From Eledone cirrhosa (taxonomy: Eukaryota): a DNA stretch of 64,000 nt. The position numbers were made by a program, and so were the translations under genes. Shown one piece after another: positions 27,100 to 40,429 of the stretch. Positions within the stretch are counted from its first letter, which is position 1. Each line of letters opens with the position of its first letter. Below the pieces are notes generated by a model. It worked only from the letters and a program-made list of their open reading frames with translations. It was not told the DNA's origin and searched no databases. The stretch is taken from assembly GCA_964016885.1 (NCBI GenBank), contig OZ024754.1:22072001-22136000 (forward strand). The letters run 5' to 3'.

Positions 27100-27620
27100 T
27101 ATGATGGCTGCAAACTCTGCTAAGAGTATTGCAATCCTTTGTCAGATTATAGAAAATGGTGCACTTTTAGGCTACGACCAGCCACACAAACTTGTAACAG
27201 ATTCTGAACAAGCAATGCCTGTGCTTTGAAGGTTTTTTTAAGTGGGGAAAGGCCTTGCATTCGACCAATCCCATTCTCTGAGCATCGAAAACACTACCTG
27301 AAAAGGAGAACTGGTCAACATCATCGGATGCTCCTGAAGCCGCAGTTTTTTTTCAGAGTTTCCCTCTCTTAGAGAGGTCTTGTCACAACAACTGGGGGCC
27401 TTTCACTCCCTGGTGAAAAAAAGAAAAAACGTAATATTTTGATGGCTGTTGCCTCTGCTGAGTTCCTCCGCTTGTATTTCATCCTGCAGGCTGTCCAAAT
27501 ATCACCCTCATCACCAAGCAAGCTTGGTGGGGTTGCCGGTTTAGTCGCCAACGACCCGACCATGAGACAGGTTGTACTGGGTTACATGGTACCAGTAGCA
27601 CTCGAGAGCGACCTCACATA
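27100..27620 (-). mobile_element. Short RTE-derived element sharing its 5' end with the ~600-bp family
   Basis: 27480-27618 is homologous to 42948-43080 and 51352-51487. Confidence 0.65.
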
Positions 27621-27857
27621 ACGTACATATATATATATATAAAAGGAAAAAAAAATAGATAGAGAGATAGATGGATAGATAGAGAGCGAGAGAGAGAGGG
27701 TAAAATTCCTGAGATCCAGAACTAGCTGTTGAAACAGCACGAGCTCATCCATCAGGTCCTGACTCTTTATAATATAGCCATACACTACTAACCCAAGTAT
27801 CGTCTAACTAGTTTTAAACTGGTTCTATCCTGATTTATATTTATATATATATATACA

Positions 27858-28266
27858 TGGTGGCTGCCAACTCGTTTTCGAGTACTGCCACTACTTTATA
27901 TCCATGTAGGAGAACCCCTACCGATGCGCTGAATGAGTGTGACTTTTTAGTCCAGCCAGCGACTTGAAAACTCTGGTACAAACACTACACTTGTGACAAT
28001 TATTGACACATAGTGCTGGGCCCATGGCACCATGTGAGGACAAGTGCAGAGAGATCTCCAGATATAAAGCAATGCCTGTGCCGTGAAGCTTTTATAGTGA
28101 GCAAAGGCACTGCACAAAGCCAGTCCCACTCTCTTAACCAAGATGATATTTACCAAAAAGAAGAACAAGTCAACATCATTGGATACCATCAGAGTTGCAG
28201 GTGTTATATCAGAGTTTTCCTTCTAGAATTCTGCCTTGACAAAGGCTAAGGGATCATCTCTCCCGT
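27858..28266 (-). mobile_element. Truncated copy of ~600-bp internally deleted RTE derivative
   Basis: Near-identical to 42481-42885 and to the reverse complement of 51550-51958. Confidence 0.8.
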
Positions 28267-28282
28267 ATGTATAAGGGGTCAT

Positions 28283-28315
<33 letters not shown>

Positions 28316-28319
28316 TATA

Positions 28320-29368
28320 TGTAGCGAGATCTGCCCATGCCTTGAACCTTGGGTGACACCTAAAAGTCAAACTCTAGGTCACCACCCTCTTGGTGTGACT
28401 ATCCCTTCAAGGTGGGAGACAGAAAGTGACAGGTATATAAAGCCTATATTTTCCCACCTTATATACAGAGAGATCGGAGCACCACGATAGAGACTAGCCA
28501 TGTGAAAGATTCACTGCTACCTTCAGGCCACAGTGGTCTACAGACATACAGAGAGATCGGAGCACCACGATAGAGACTAGCCATGTGAAAGATTCACTGC
28601 TATCTACAGGCCACAGTGGTCTACAGACATACAGAGAGATCGGAGCACCACGATACAGACTAGCCATGTGAAAGATTCACTGCTACCTTCAGGCCACAGT
28701 GGTCTACAGACATACAGAGAGATCGGAGCACCACGATAGAGACTAGCCATGTGAAAGATTCACTGCTATCTACAGGCCACAGTGGTCTACAGACATACAG
28801 AGAGATCGGAGCACCACGATAGAGACTAGCCATGTGAAAGATTCACTGCTACCTTCAGGCCACAGTGGTCTACAGACATACAGAGAGATCGGAGCACCAC
28901 GATAGAGACTAGCCATGTGAAAGATTCACTGCTACCTTCAGGCCACAGTGGTCTACAGACATACAGAGAGATCGGAGCACCACGATAGAGACTAGCCATG
29001 TGAAAGATTCACTGCTATCTACAGGCCACAGTGGTCTACAGACATACAGAGAGATCGGAGCACCACGATAGAGACTAGCCATGTGAAAGATTCACTGCTA
29101 TCTACAGGCCACAATGGCCTACAGTCAATTACAGACCATTCAGAGGTCTACAGACCATTACTCTCTCTCTCTTGGTCTCAGACTACAGCAGCCTCATGAA
29201 CCAACAACAAAATAACATTGTCAACCTTTGCAACTCGTGGTAACTTGTTTATTGTTCTTTTTGACTGAAGTGAAGTAAACCTTTTTATATAAAGTAAATC
29301 TTTATTCTTGTTATTTCATCTAACAACCATGTTAATCCCATCTAACAAATACTACTAATACCCTTCGT

Positions 29369-29370
<2 letters not shown>
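28320..29370 (+). mobile_element. Probable solo LTR containing an 83-bp tandem array
   Basis: Ends tgtagcga / tcgttaaa; TATA-like gtatataaa at ~28433; (TA)n on both sides. Confidence 0.6.
28463..29124. repeat. 83-bp tandem repeat x8, two variants (order ABABAABB)
   Basis: Units start at 28463, 28546, 28629...29044; ctaccttcagg vs ctatctacagg. Confidence 0.95.
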
Positions 29371-29399
<29 letters not shown>

Positions 29400-29407
<8 letters not shown>

Positions 29408-29714
29408 AGGATAAAAAGGACGATTGATTATTCCTTCATTGCATTTATTGATAGGTGACGTGCGTTTCGCCACTGATCAGCTCAAGGTTCGATCTATATT
29501 GATCCTACCCGACTCAATAATCTGCAGCTCGACGGACCTTCCTAGAATGCTATATTTCTTATAGCATTCTAGGAAGGTCCGTCGAGCTGCAGATTATTGA
29601 GTCGGGTAGGATCAATATAGATCGAACCTTGAGCTGATCAGTGGCGAAACGCACGTCACCTATCAATAAATGCAATGAAGGAATAATCAATCGTCCTTTT
29701 TATCCTTTCTATAT
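29400..29714. repeat. Apparently perfect hairpin (~155-bp arms, 5-nt loop), pLTR-like
   Basis: Loop tttct at 29555-29559; right arm has CGAAACGCACGTC...AATAAA. Confidence 0.93.
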
Positions 29715-29812
29715 ATTACACTCTGTATAGCTCTACACATCATCACAGAAGTGAACCTAAACATCGAGTGCTCACCCGGGTGAACCTGCAGTAACTCCTA
29801 GTTACATCCCCT

Positions 29813-29878
<66 letters not shown>

Positions 29879-30059
29879 ATATAATGTATGTATATACACA
29901 CACGTCACAGATATATTTCTATAGCATTGTTCTTTCTCTTTGTTCTCTTTAACTCTGTCTGATCTGCTCTAAAGGTAGATTTACTCTGTTATTGATTTTT
30001 AGACTATTTGTTACTCATTCAGATCAATAAAGCAATAACAATGATCTAGTAGTCTTTAC

Positions 30060-30350
30060 ATGTGGCCTAGTGGTTAGGCTTATCATCATATATGGTCATC
30101 AGTTCGATTTCTTCTGGCACATTGTGGCCTTGGGCAAGACACTTTATTTCATGTTGCTGTAGTCCACTCAGTTGGAGAGAATACATTGTACCTGTAATTC
30201 AAAAGGGAAAGCTTTTTTACATACTGTGCAAACCTGAATCTCTCTGAGAACTATGTTAAGGGTACATGCATCTGTGGAATGCTCGGCCACTTGCACATTA
30301 AATTCACAAACAGGCTGTTCCATTGATCAAATAATTGGAACAGTCAACCG
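30060..30350 (+). mobile_element. tRNA-derived SINE
   Basis: A-box tggcctagtgg, B-box-like agttcgatt; body homologous to 18286-18440. Confidence 0.7.
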
Positions 30351-30794
30351 TGTGCTTGTGACACAGTGTGCCTGTGACAGTGTGACAGTGACACAGCATG
30401 TTTGTGACAGTGTGATTGTGACACTGTGACAGTGACACATTGTGCTTGTGACACAGTGTGACTCTGATACTGTGTGACTGTGACACAGTGACCTGTGACA
30501 CAGTGACCTGTGACACAGTGTGTTTGTAACAAGTATTACACTCTCTATATATAATAAACATTGTAAAGTAGTTGACATTGGAAAGGACATCCAGCTGTTG
30601 ACACCCTGCCAAACAAGGAAACGGACTGAGATGAACCATCTCGAAGGACAGAAGTTCCAATCAATACTGAATATGATTTTCAAATAAGTATGTGGAGAGT
30701 TTTAGTAATATAGCTTTCTCATTATTTGTTGTTTGGAACATAACTTAACATTGAATTTTGCATAAAATTGTAATGGAAGGTTTTTAGATAAATA

Positions 30795-31340
30795 TAGACA
30801 CCACCACCACAAACAACAACAACACCACCATCATTATCTTCATCACCACCCCACCCTCACACCCACCACCACCATCACCACCACCATCATTATCTTCATC
30901 ACCACCCCACCCTCACTCCCACCACCACCATCACCACCACCATCATTATCTTCATCACCACCCCACCCTCACACCCACAACCACGACCACCACCATCACC
31001 ACCACCATCATTATCTTCACCACCACCACCATCACCACCACCATCATTATCTTCATCACCACCCCACCCTCACTCCCACCACCACCATCACCACCACCAT
31101 CATTATCTTCATCACCACCCCACCCTCACACCCACCACCACCATCACCATCACCATCATTATCTTCATCACCACCCCACCCTCACTCCCACCACCACCTT
31201 CACCACCACCATCATTATCTTCATCACCACCCCACCATCACACCCACCACTATCACCATCACCATCATTATCTTCATCACCACCCCACCCTCACACCCAC
31301 CACCACTATCACCATCACCATCATTATCTTCATCACCACT
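30795..31340. repeat. CAC-rich ~57-bp minisatellite
   Basis: catcattatcttcatcaccaccccaccctcac... repeated about 10 times. Confidence 0.9.
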
Positions 31341-31417
31341 ATAATTAGTTAATAATTGCTACATTTACTTACAGTGCTAATTAGATATTCTTCCATGGAG
31401 AGAACCTGATGTTGCTG

Positions 31418-31466
<49 letters not shown>

Positions 31467-31533
31467 AACCACCACCAGTGTACAAATATATACACCATCT
31501 AGTTTATATACATTTATAGATCATCCAGTATAT

Positions 31534-31570
<37 letters not shown>

Positions 31571-31612
31571 CACCATCCAGTGTGCACATACACACACACA
31601 CAAACATATATA

Positions 31613-32916
31613 CGAGGTGTGTCAGAAAAGTTCCAGAACTGATGTCACAAAAGATTTATTTCAAACCCAAACTTCACACTAAGAGTTTTCTCCTTCAAAG
31701 TAATCCCCCTGGAGTATGTAACTGTAATCTTAGCTCTCTGCAGCGATCAAACGTTTTTCTTCATACTTTTATATACATGTCCCCTGTTTCAGGTCGTCAA
31801 GAGCACAGAGCAGCGAACAAACTTGAAGTGTCTGGTACGGTTGGGGAAAACTCCGTCAGAAGCACTGGGATTGCTGCAGCAAGTGTATGGAGATGAGACG
31901 ATGTCACACTCACATGTTTTTGAGTGGTGCAAGAGGTTTAAAGAAGGACGCGAGGACATGGAAGCTGACCCCAGGAGCGGAAGGCCCTCAACAACCAGGA
32001 CTGATGTCAGCGTTGAGCGCGTCGGGCAGATGGTGCGTAGCGATCGTCGGCTGACTGTTCGACTAATGGCAAAGGAGCTGGGCATGAATCGGGACAGCGT
32101 CTGGAAGATTCTCACTGAAGATTTGGACATACGGAAAGTCTACGCGAAGATGGTGCCAAAACTGGTGAACGATGACCAGAAGGGTCGACGCATGCAAGTG
32201 TGCCAGGACATCCTCGAGCGTCTTGAAACCGAACCAGACTTGCTAGGGACAGTCATCACCGCTGATGAGTCATGGATCTTCGAGTACGACCCGGAAACCA
32301 AACGCCATAGCCTTCAGTGGAAGAGTCCGTCGTCGCCAAGGCCGAAGAAAGCATGACAGTCGAAGTCCAAAGTCAAGGTCATGTTGATCACATTCTTCGA
32401 TGTGAGGGGGATCGTCCACTGTGAGTTCTTGCCACAGGACCAGACGATCAACCAACATGTCTACAAAGAGATACTGCAGCGTTTGCTTCGTTCAGTGCGT
32501 GAGAAAAGGGGAGAGTTGTGGCAGGACAACTCGTGGCTGCTTCACCATGACAACGCGCCTGCTCACAATGAGCCTCTGACAGTTCCTGGCCGAGAAGAAC
32601 ATCGTCGTGCTGGAGCAACCTCCCTACTCCCCCGACCTGGCTCCGTGTGATTTTTTCCTATTCCCAAAGCTCAAGGGGGTCATCAAGGGGACCCGTTTTG
32701 AAGACGTGGACGACATCAAAAAGGCCGTGACGACGGAACTGCGGAGGATCCCGGAAGAATCCTTCCAGGAGTGCATGCAAGGGTGGCAGAAAAAGGATGG
32801 AAAAGTGCATTAGACTCCAGGGGGATTACTTTGAAGGAGAAAACTCTTAGTGTGAAGTTTGGGTTTGAAATAAATCTTTTGTGACATCAGTCCTGGAACT
32901 TTTCTGACACACCTCG
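31613..32916 (+). mobile_element. Mariner (DD34D) transposon, decayed, ~100-bp terminal inverted repeats
   Basis: TA target; RSGRP, ADESW, HHDNA, YSPDLAPCD; stop and frameshift; 31613-31714 is inverted at 32814-32916. Confidence 0.95.
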
Positions 32917-32953
32917 TATATATATATATATATACACCATCCAGTGTGCACAT

Positions 32954-33001
<48 letters not shown>

Positions 33002-34048
33002 CACCCAGTACATATACAATTATGCACCATACAGTATACTCACATACACCAGATAATACTTTCTAAAACATTAGACTGATAGATTCATTAACCCAATTCT
33101 GACAAATAGCTTGGTAAAATGGTCTGCCTGCCCGGCAGACATTTAACAGTTGTGGCAGTGAAATGGCTGTGAAAGTTGCCATTGAAAGTTCTAGTAATCA
33201 TTCTCGAAAAAAAAAATCATTTAATTTGTTTATGATCAAAGTAAATGATATAGTATACCCCCACCCCCACCCCCACCACCATCATTTGTACAGTAGCTGA
33301 TGGGCTATTGCAGCTTTTATGATAGCCACATAAAGTGACAACCTGTCTAACCCAAGCTAGCGTGGTAAAATGGATTTTAAATAGTGGTGATGATGATGAT
33401 GATGATGATCAATGAATAAATATAAAATGGAAACACATCAATAAAAATAAATCAGAAAGGAAGAAGACATGCACAATCTCTGAATTACATACTACATACA
33501 ACAAGGAATGTTGACCTTGCTTTCTAAAATATGTTGAGGCAACCCCCAAAACACTGATAACATTATTGTGGATGGTTGTATAGAACCCTTACAAACATAA
33601 CCACCTGATACTTCAGTAAGACAGCCACCAACAATGACAAAATCCTTGTTGTCACAACCCAACCCCACTAGAAACTATTATATTTCACCGAAATAGAAGA
33701 GATGCTGGAACAATTTTGAATGGCACTTGAGCTAGAAACATTTAAAAAAACAACCATTGTTAATCAATTAGATTCCAATTACCATAACAGCTGCCTCATA
33801 ATTGTTATTTTAATGACTGTAAAATTAATCATTTTTGTTTTGTTTTTCTGTTTTTAAATTTGTTTCTCCATTTATGCACATGCATGGCTGTGCGGTTACA
33901 AAGCTTGTTTCACAACCATGTGGTCTTGGTTGTTAGAGAAGTATTGTCAATAGCCTTGGGCCGACCAATGTCTTGTGGTTGATTTTGGTTGACAGAAACA
34001 GTGTGAAACCAATCATATCTACTGTTTGTCTATCTCTCACAATTTATA

Positions 34049-34849
34049 TCTTAACTATAATAAAGTAAGGAGTGCAGGACTGTGTCCAGAATATATCTTT
34101 TAACCCCGTTTGTAAAATAAGTTGGTTTACTTTGAATAAATAATTGTTTCTACTTTTGGCACAAGGCCAGCAATTATCCCAGTGTATTACTGGTACTTTA
34201 TTTTATCGACCCTGTAAGGATGAAAGGCAAAGTTAATCTCGGCGGGATTTGAACTCAGCCCATAAAGGGACGTAACTGTGCTGCAAAGCATGGCGTCTGA
34301 CCCTCTACCGATACTGCCAATCCACCGCCCCTTTGAATAAATAATTGTTTCTACGTTAGGCACAAGGCTAGCAATTACCCAGTGCATTACTGGTACTTTA
34401 TTTTATCAACCCCGTAAGGATGAAAGTCAAAGTTAACCTCGGCGGGATTTGAACTCAGAAATAATGAATGAATATTACATAATTTATCTACTAAACTTCA
34501 TAACTCTTGATTAAATATATTTTATTGCTTATTTAAAGATTCACTTCTTTAAAATTTTCAAATGTCAACACTTCCGGTTAGCGATCGCTTATATAAACAT
34601 TCATATATTTCCGTCACTAATTTTTCTCTTAATACAGTTTATATATAATATATTATTTTAATGTATCATTGATTACTTTACTGATTACACAAGAGAGTGT
34701 AATGCTTACTTCATTCAATTTCTGTGCATATTGTCAATTACAATTTTATTTGATGTATCATATCTCCATGCATATCATTTGCGTATAATATCAATATGCA
34801 CACTACACATACTAGCAGAAAACTACCCGAAAGGTGGTTTTTCTGCTAG
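34049..34849 (+). mobile_element. Non-autonomous Helitron carrying SINEs
   Basis: A|TC start, 3' hairpin, CTAG|T end; second copy inverted at 61523-62280. Confidence 0.8.
34145..34459 (-). mobile_element. Two adjacent tRNA-derived Meta-core SINEs (full + partial)
   Basis: A/B boxes on minus; core gcctttcatccttac.gggtcgataaaataaagtaccag; ctttgaataaataat duplicated. Confidence 0.88.
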
Positions 34850-34999
34850 TCTATATAATATGTAAACAAAGCATCATCATGATCATCACTCCAATGTAAC
34901 ATGTTCCTTCTATAAAAAGTGAAAGAACAGAAGTTCCAGTTTAGTCAGATGAGGACATAGGTAAGGGATGACAGTCAGGTGGTAGTTATTGATGGAAGA

Positions 35000-35450
35000 G
35001 ATGTAGGTGTTTTCCACCCCTTCTCAACCTTTCAGGGAGAGTTTTACTTTGGTTTATTTTAGATGAGGTGGACAATCCTACTCATGATCTTATCCCAGTT
35101 CCTATCTACCAATTTATCCAGGTTAAATTTTGCTCCTGTCACAGTCAGGTGGTATTTCTCTAGAACAGTGCTGACTATTGCAACTGTTGCAGTGTCCAAA
35201 ACTATTCCCAGTTACTTATCCCAGTTTGAAAGCTCTTCAAGAGGCCCTGCAGAAGTGGTGAGAAAGGGCACTCCTAATGGATGGAGTGTGTAATGTTGAA
35301 AGTTTCTGAGATGTGGCTGTTCACTTTGATGACCAAGTAGCTGTTGCTGCATATTGCAAATGGAATCAAAACCAACAGCTTGAAAGACAGGAGAAAGGTA
35401 GCAATAGTTGGCTCTATCAAAAGCTTTTGATTGATCCAAATTAATCAGAA
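35000..35450 (-). mobile_element. Highly decayed L1/Tx1-type RT fragment
   Basis: LINLDQSKAFDR motif. Confidence 0.55.
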
Positions 35451-35749
35451 TCCCAACCAATCAATCAGCCAGCCCGCCAGCCAACCAACCAACCAAACAG
35501 CCAACAAGCCATCCAGCCAGACAACCAGCCAGCCAACCAACCAACCAGCCAGTCAATCAACCAACCAGAACAAGCCACCCATCCACCATCCAGCCAACCA
35601 ACCTACCAACCAGTCACACATTATTTACACTTATGACGTTGCTAGTCACGTGGTCTAATGCTGGAGGCTTCCACCACATTATTTACTTTTACCACTACTA
35701 CTGCTGCTATTGTGACTGATTGTTACAACTGCTGCTCTGCTGCTGCTGT

Positions 35750-35851
<102 letters not shown>

Positions 35852-36251
35852 ACCATCGTCATTTTATCATCATCATAAGTGTGATATGACGACAAATGAT
35901 GTGACGGGAGACCCTGACACACAGACAAAAAAGAAAAAAAGCGAGAGATATAAAGCTTCTTATTAGAAAAGAGCAAGATGTGTTAGTGAGAGAGGAAGAA
36001 AGCCAGAATCTGTTATACTGGATCAATCCTCACAGTTCACCGGTCACCACGTGTAAAAAAAATATTCCATTTTAATATTTTCATTTTTCTTTTCGTGACT
36101 GAACTTATCTTATATTATTTCTTATGTAAGCAACAACAAAATTGTGTTTCATTGGAAATCACGGATAATATTATATTATCTAGAGATAAGTAAATTAAAT
36201 TAAAATGAAAATATCTCGTGAGGTTCACCGAATTCATTTCCTTTGCTCCAC

Positions 36252-36293
<42 letters not shown>

Positions 36294-36399
36294 ATATTAA
36301 TAAATGGAAACTATATTTATAAAACTATATTTATTTCATTATACATATTTCAAGGACACCAAAGCAAATTATGGTGCGCTTTCATCAGATAAATATAAT

Positions 36400-36583
36400 T
36401 GTTTCTACTTTAGGCACAAGGCCAGCAATTATCCCAGTGTATTACTGGTACTTTATTTTATCGACCCCGTAAGGATGAAAGGCAAAGTCAACCTCGGCGG
36501 GATTTGAACTCAGATCGTAAAGGGACGTAACTATGCTGGAAAGCATGGCGTCCGACTCTCTACCGATACTGCCAATCCACCGC
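36400..36583 (-). mobile_element. Full-length tRNA-derived Meta-core SINE with ~21-bp TSD
   Basis: A-box TGGCAGTATCGG, B-box GAGTTCAAATCC; ctttcatcagataaatataat on both sides. Confidence 0.92.
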
Positions 36584-36680
36584 CCTTTCATCAGATAAAT
36601 ATAATATAGATCAGTTTTATAAACAAATATTGACATACCCTTAAAGAATGCGACCATTTCGGTTGGAAGCTCCCGGATAG

Positions 36681-36739
36681 TTTATCTGATGAAAGCGCAC
36701 CATAATTTGCTTTGGTATCCTTGAAATATGTATAATGAA
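36681..36739 (+). ncRNA. Hammerhead motif (mirror copy at ~36336-36394 minus)
   Basis: tttat CTGATGA aag...ctt GAAA tat gta T A atgaa, then AATAAA. Confidence 0.75.
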
Positions 36740-36869
36740 ATAAATATGGTTTTATAAATATAGTTTCCATTTGTTAATATATTGTATTTTTACTCCAATA
36801 ATTTGTTGAGTGCTTTATATCAGTTATAAAAATATTTGCCTGTTGTATCCCAACAAATTAAATATAACT

Positions 36870-36963
<94 letters not shown>

Positions 36964-37031
36964 AAAAAGATTCACCGAGAATCGCATTTTCGGCGGGCAG
37001 GAAAGAGCGAAGCGAAACGCATATATATATT

Positions 37032-37127
<96 letters not shown>

Positions 37128-37153
37128 TGTAATAAACAACATAAGATAATTAT

Positions 37154-37211
37154 TTCATTTACCAGTGGTTTCTTGAAAGCAGATGTATCTGTTTTCAGTC
37201 GTCAGAATGAA
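37154..37211 (-). ncRNA. Hammerhead motif, family A
   Basis: Minus: ttcatt CTGACGA ctgaaaacagat ac atctgctttcaa GAAA cca c tgg T A aatgaa; 37122-37640 is an inverted copy of 51980-52566. Confidence 0.8.
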
Positions 37212-37706
37212 TAAAAAACATGGTGTTTTTTATTAAATATGGATTTGAAAACAAAATTTAAGAAATATGAAAGTGAGGCTGAGGAAAAAACAGGCGAAGA
37301 AGAAGGGGGGAAAAAGAATTTAAAAAAAATATATATATATAAACAATAAATATCCAGAACATAAACATACACACACTCAACCACTTAAAAAGTACGTAGA
37401 CGTATACTTTTTCACTTAAGCATATATGTGTCTACAGACAGGGACATACAGATACATGAAGTAATAAGAATAAATAAATAAATGAATAAGAACAAAAAGT
37501 ACAAAGTCAAAAACAAAAAAGACAAAAGGATACGTGTTGACAACGATGAGTATGAGGAGGGGGGGGGGGGTATAAAAACAACATAAAAATAAACAAATAC
37601 ACGAGATGTGCACATACATAAATATTTATATATAAATATATATATATATTTCGTTTCTGAATTTGTTTAGCAAGATTCTTTATCTGAAAACATGTGTTGA
37701 AACCGA

Positions 37707-38209
37707 TATTGTTATGCTTTGGGAGGGTCATGTTGCCAATAAGAAACACACGCACCAGTTGCTTTCACTCAAATTTATTATAAATTAAATTTATAAATTT
37801 AAGAATTTATAAATTTCCGGTTGGTTGGTTCCATAACCGGACGGTTGTTCATATATTGTCAAAGTTCTTTCGTCACACATTCTGTGACTTCTTCAGTGAC
37901 TGGGGATTCTTTTCTTTGTTTTTGTGCCTCTCCTTTGTTCTGTCCTACGCCATCTTGTTTTGGCGTAGGACAGAACAAAGGAGAGGCACAAAACAATGAA
38001 AAGAATCTCCAGTCACTGAAGAGGTCACATAATGTGTGACAAAAGACTTTGACAATACATGAACAACCATCCGGTTATGGAACCAACCAACCAACCGGAA
38101 ATTTATACATTCTTAAATTTATAAATTTAATTTATAATAAATTGGAGTGAAAGCAACTGGTGCGTGTGTTTCTTATTGGCAACATGACCCTCCCAATGTA
38201 TAACAATAT
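37707..38209. repeat. Long hairpin (~245-bp arms) with a hammerhead in each arm
   Basis: Centre ~37953-37960; minus 37858-37900 gtca CTGAAGA a gtcac...gtgac GAAA gaac T T tgac; plus copy 38012-38053 has GAAA changed to AAAA. Confidence 0.92.
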
Positions 38210-38213
38210 ATAT

Positions 38214-38942
38214 ATGGGGTCTTTCCTCATCTGAGTGCTCAGGCTACAGACCGATTATGCATATACGCTAGCTTGGCCGTATTCTAAAGCTTCGTCAATG
38301 CTGTACTAAAATTTATATGTACTCCTAGAATTAACGATTAACTGATTAATTTAATTAGATGATTCTATTGATTGATTAATTGTTTAAGTTTGTTTGATAA
38401 CTTCTGGTTGAGTGCTTTATTCGGTGGTCTAAAGGGATTCATTCCTTTATCTCAAATTAGAATTCACCGCCTAAGCGGGGGTTACCTCCCTTGGAGTAAA
38501 CCACGTGCCTGTGGCGACTTTTAAAGCTACAACATACCCGCTCAGGCTAAGAACGAAAGACTTGCTGAAGAAGTAAATCCTATGTTCTGTCGTCAAAAAC
38601 CATTATATTGCAGACTCCTGCAATAGGAATTTGTCAATCTTGGATTTGCAGGAACTTAGCGCTGATGTTGGATGTGATGTGTGATCTATATTGTTGATAT
38701 ACGATGTAAGTTATATATTTTGTACTCGGCCTCAGCGGTATGTCCGGGTCAGTATAAAATCTTTTCCTGGGTCCTGTATTTTCGTTGCTCTAGTGATGCG
38801 GCTGGACTGCTGACCGCTATATCTCAGTTGCTAAGCTGTCTGAACAAAATGTTATTATTCTGGGGTCTTTCCTCATCTGAGACCGATTATGCATATACGC
38901 TAGCTTGGCCGTATTCTAAAGCTTCGTCAATTCTGTGCTAAA

Positions 38943-38950
<8 letters not shown>
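38214..38950. repeat. Non-coding unit with ~90-105-bp terminal direct repeats
   Basis: 38214-38318 matches 38861-38950 with a 14-bp indel. Confidence 0.8.
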
Positions 38951-39002
<52 letters not shown>

Positions 39003-39096
39003 GAAGTAATTCCGTCGGAAAAGTCCAGGAAAAAAGAGTGCTCTATATAGGTAACAGAGCTTAATAGTTATGTAATAAACAACATAAGGCAATTAT

Positions 39097-39154
39097 TCCA
39101 TTTACCAGTGGTTTCTTAAAAGCAAAAAATTTTGCTTTCAATCATCAGAATGAA
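39097..39154 (-). ncRNA. Canonical hammerhead, family A
   Basis: Minus: ttcatt CTGATGA ttgaaagcaaaa...ttgcttttaa GAAA cca c tgg T A aatgga. Confidence 0.88.
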
Positions 39155-39943
39155 AAAATCCTGGTCTGTTTATTGAATTTGGATTTTAAAAAACAAAAAT
39201 GCAATCTATATGAAAGTGAGGCTGGAGAAGGAAGAAGGAAAGGAAAAATAAAATAAAAACACACATGCAAACACACAAATGCATACATACACACACACAT
39301 ATATATACATATATATATATATACACTCATACATACACACACACATATACATATATATATGTGTATATATATACACACATACATACACATACATATACAC
39401 ATACATATACACATACATACATACACACATAAATATCAACACATCCATACATACGCATACATATATACAACCACACACACATATATACACACATATATAG
39501 AAACATAAATATATATATATATATATATATGCATACACATACACATACATAGCCATACACACATACATATACATACATACATACATACACACAATCATAC
39601 CTATATACACATGTACATACATACACATACATAAATGCATACATATGCATGTACAAAATTAGAAAAATATACACACACCTCTACATATTCACACACGCAA
39701 ATAAATATAAGAAAAAATATATATAAAAAATAAAATAATAAAAACTATTATACAGTTGACAGCGATACAACCAACGAATAAATGAACAAACACGCGTGGT
39801 AAGCAATACACACAAATGCACGTAAACATACATACGTAAAAATAAATACATACACACACTCCCACACATAAATATACATATACAAATACATAAACACATA
39901 CATACGCATACACAAATACATACACAAACACACATACATATAC

Positions 39944-39988
<45 letters not shown>

Positions 39989-40098
39989 CACATACACATA
40001 TACACACATATATATATACACACACACATACATACATAGCTATACAATTATATACATACAAATACGTACATATCACAAACACGCACAACCAAATACAA

Positions 40099-40190
<92 letters not shown>

Positions 40191-40289
40191 AAAACTCAAT
40201 CTTAGATAATTCATATGAACCTTATATAACTCCAAAATATACATATACATATATATATAGTAATGTAATAAACAACATAAGGCAATTAT

Positions 40290-40347
40290 TCCATTCACCA
40301 GTGGTTTCTTAAAAGCAAAAAATTTTGCCTTCAATCATCGGAATGAA
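40290..40347 (-). ncRNA. Mutated hammerhead, family A
   Basis: Same stems, but CCGATGA core and GUG triplet; predicted weak or inactive. Confidence 0.7.
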
Positions 40348-40429
40348 AAAAATCTGGTCTATCTATATATATATATATATACACACATATATATATATTT
40401 ATATATATACACATACACATACATACACA

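Larger units (their letters stand above)
36288..36787. repeat. Inverted repeat (~105-bp arms) with hammerheads, interrupted by a SINE
   Basis: 36288-36394 vs 36681-36787. Confidence 0.88.

Noticed and set aside
28463-29124. CRISPR-like array
   Set aside because: Units are wholly repeated with no unique spacers; eukaryotic context, no cas genes
31547-32970. Long target-site duplication around the Mariner
   Set aside because: Flanks are units of a pre-existing TA/caccatccag minisatellite; the TSD is just TA
36400-36583. Functional tRNA gene
   Set aside because: A/B boxes lead into a SINE core and tail with TSD; multiple copies
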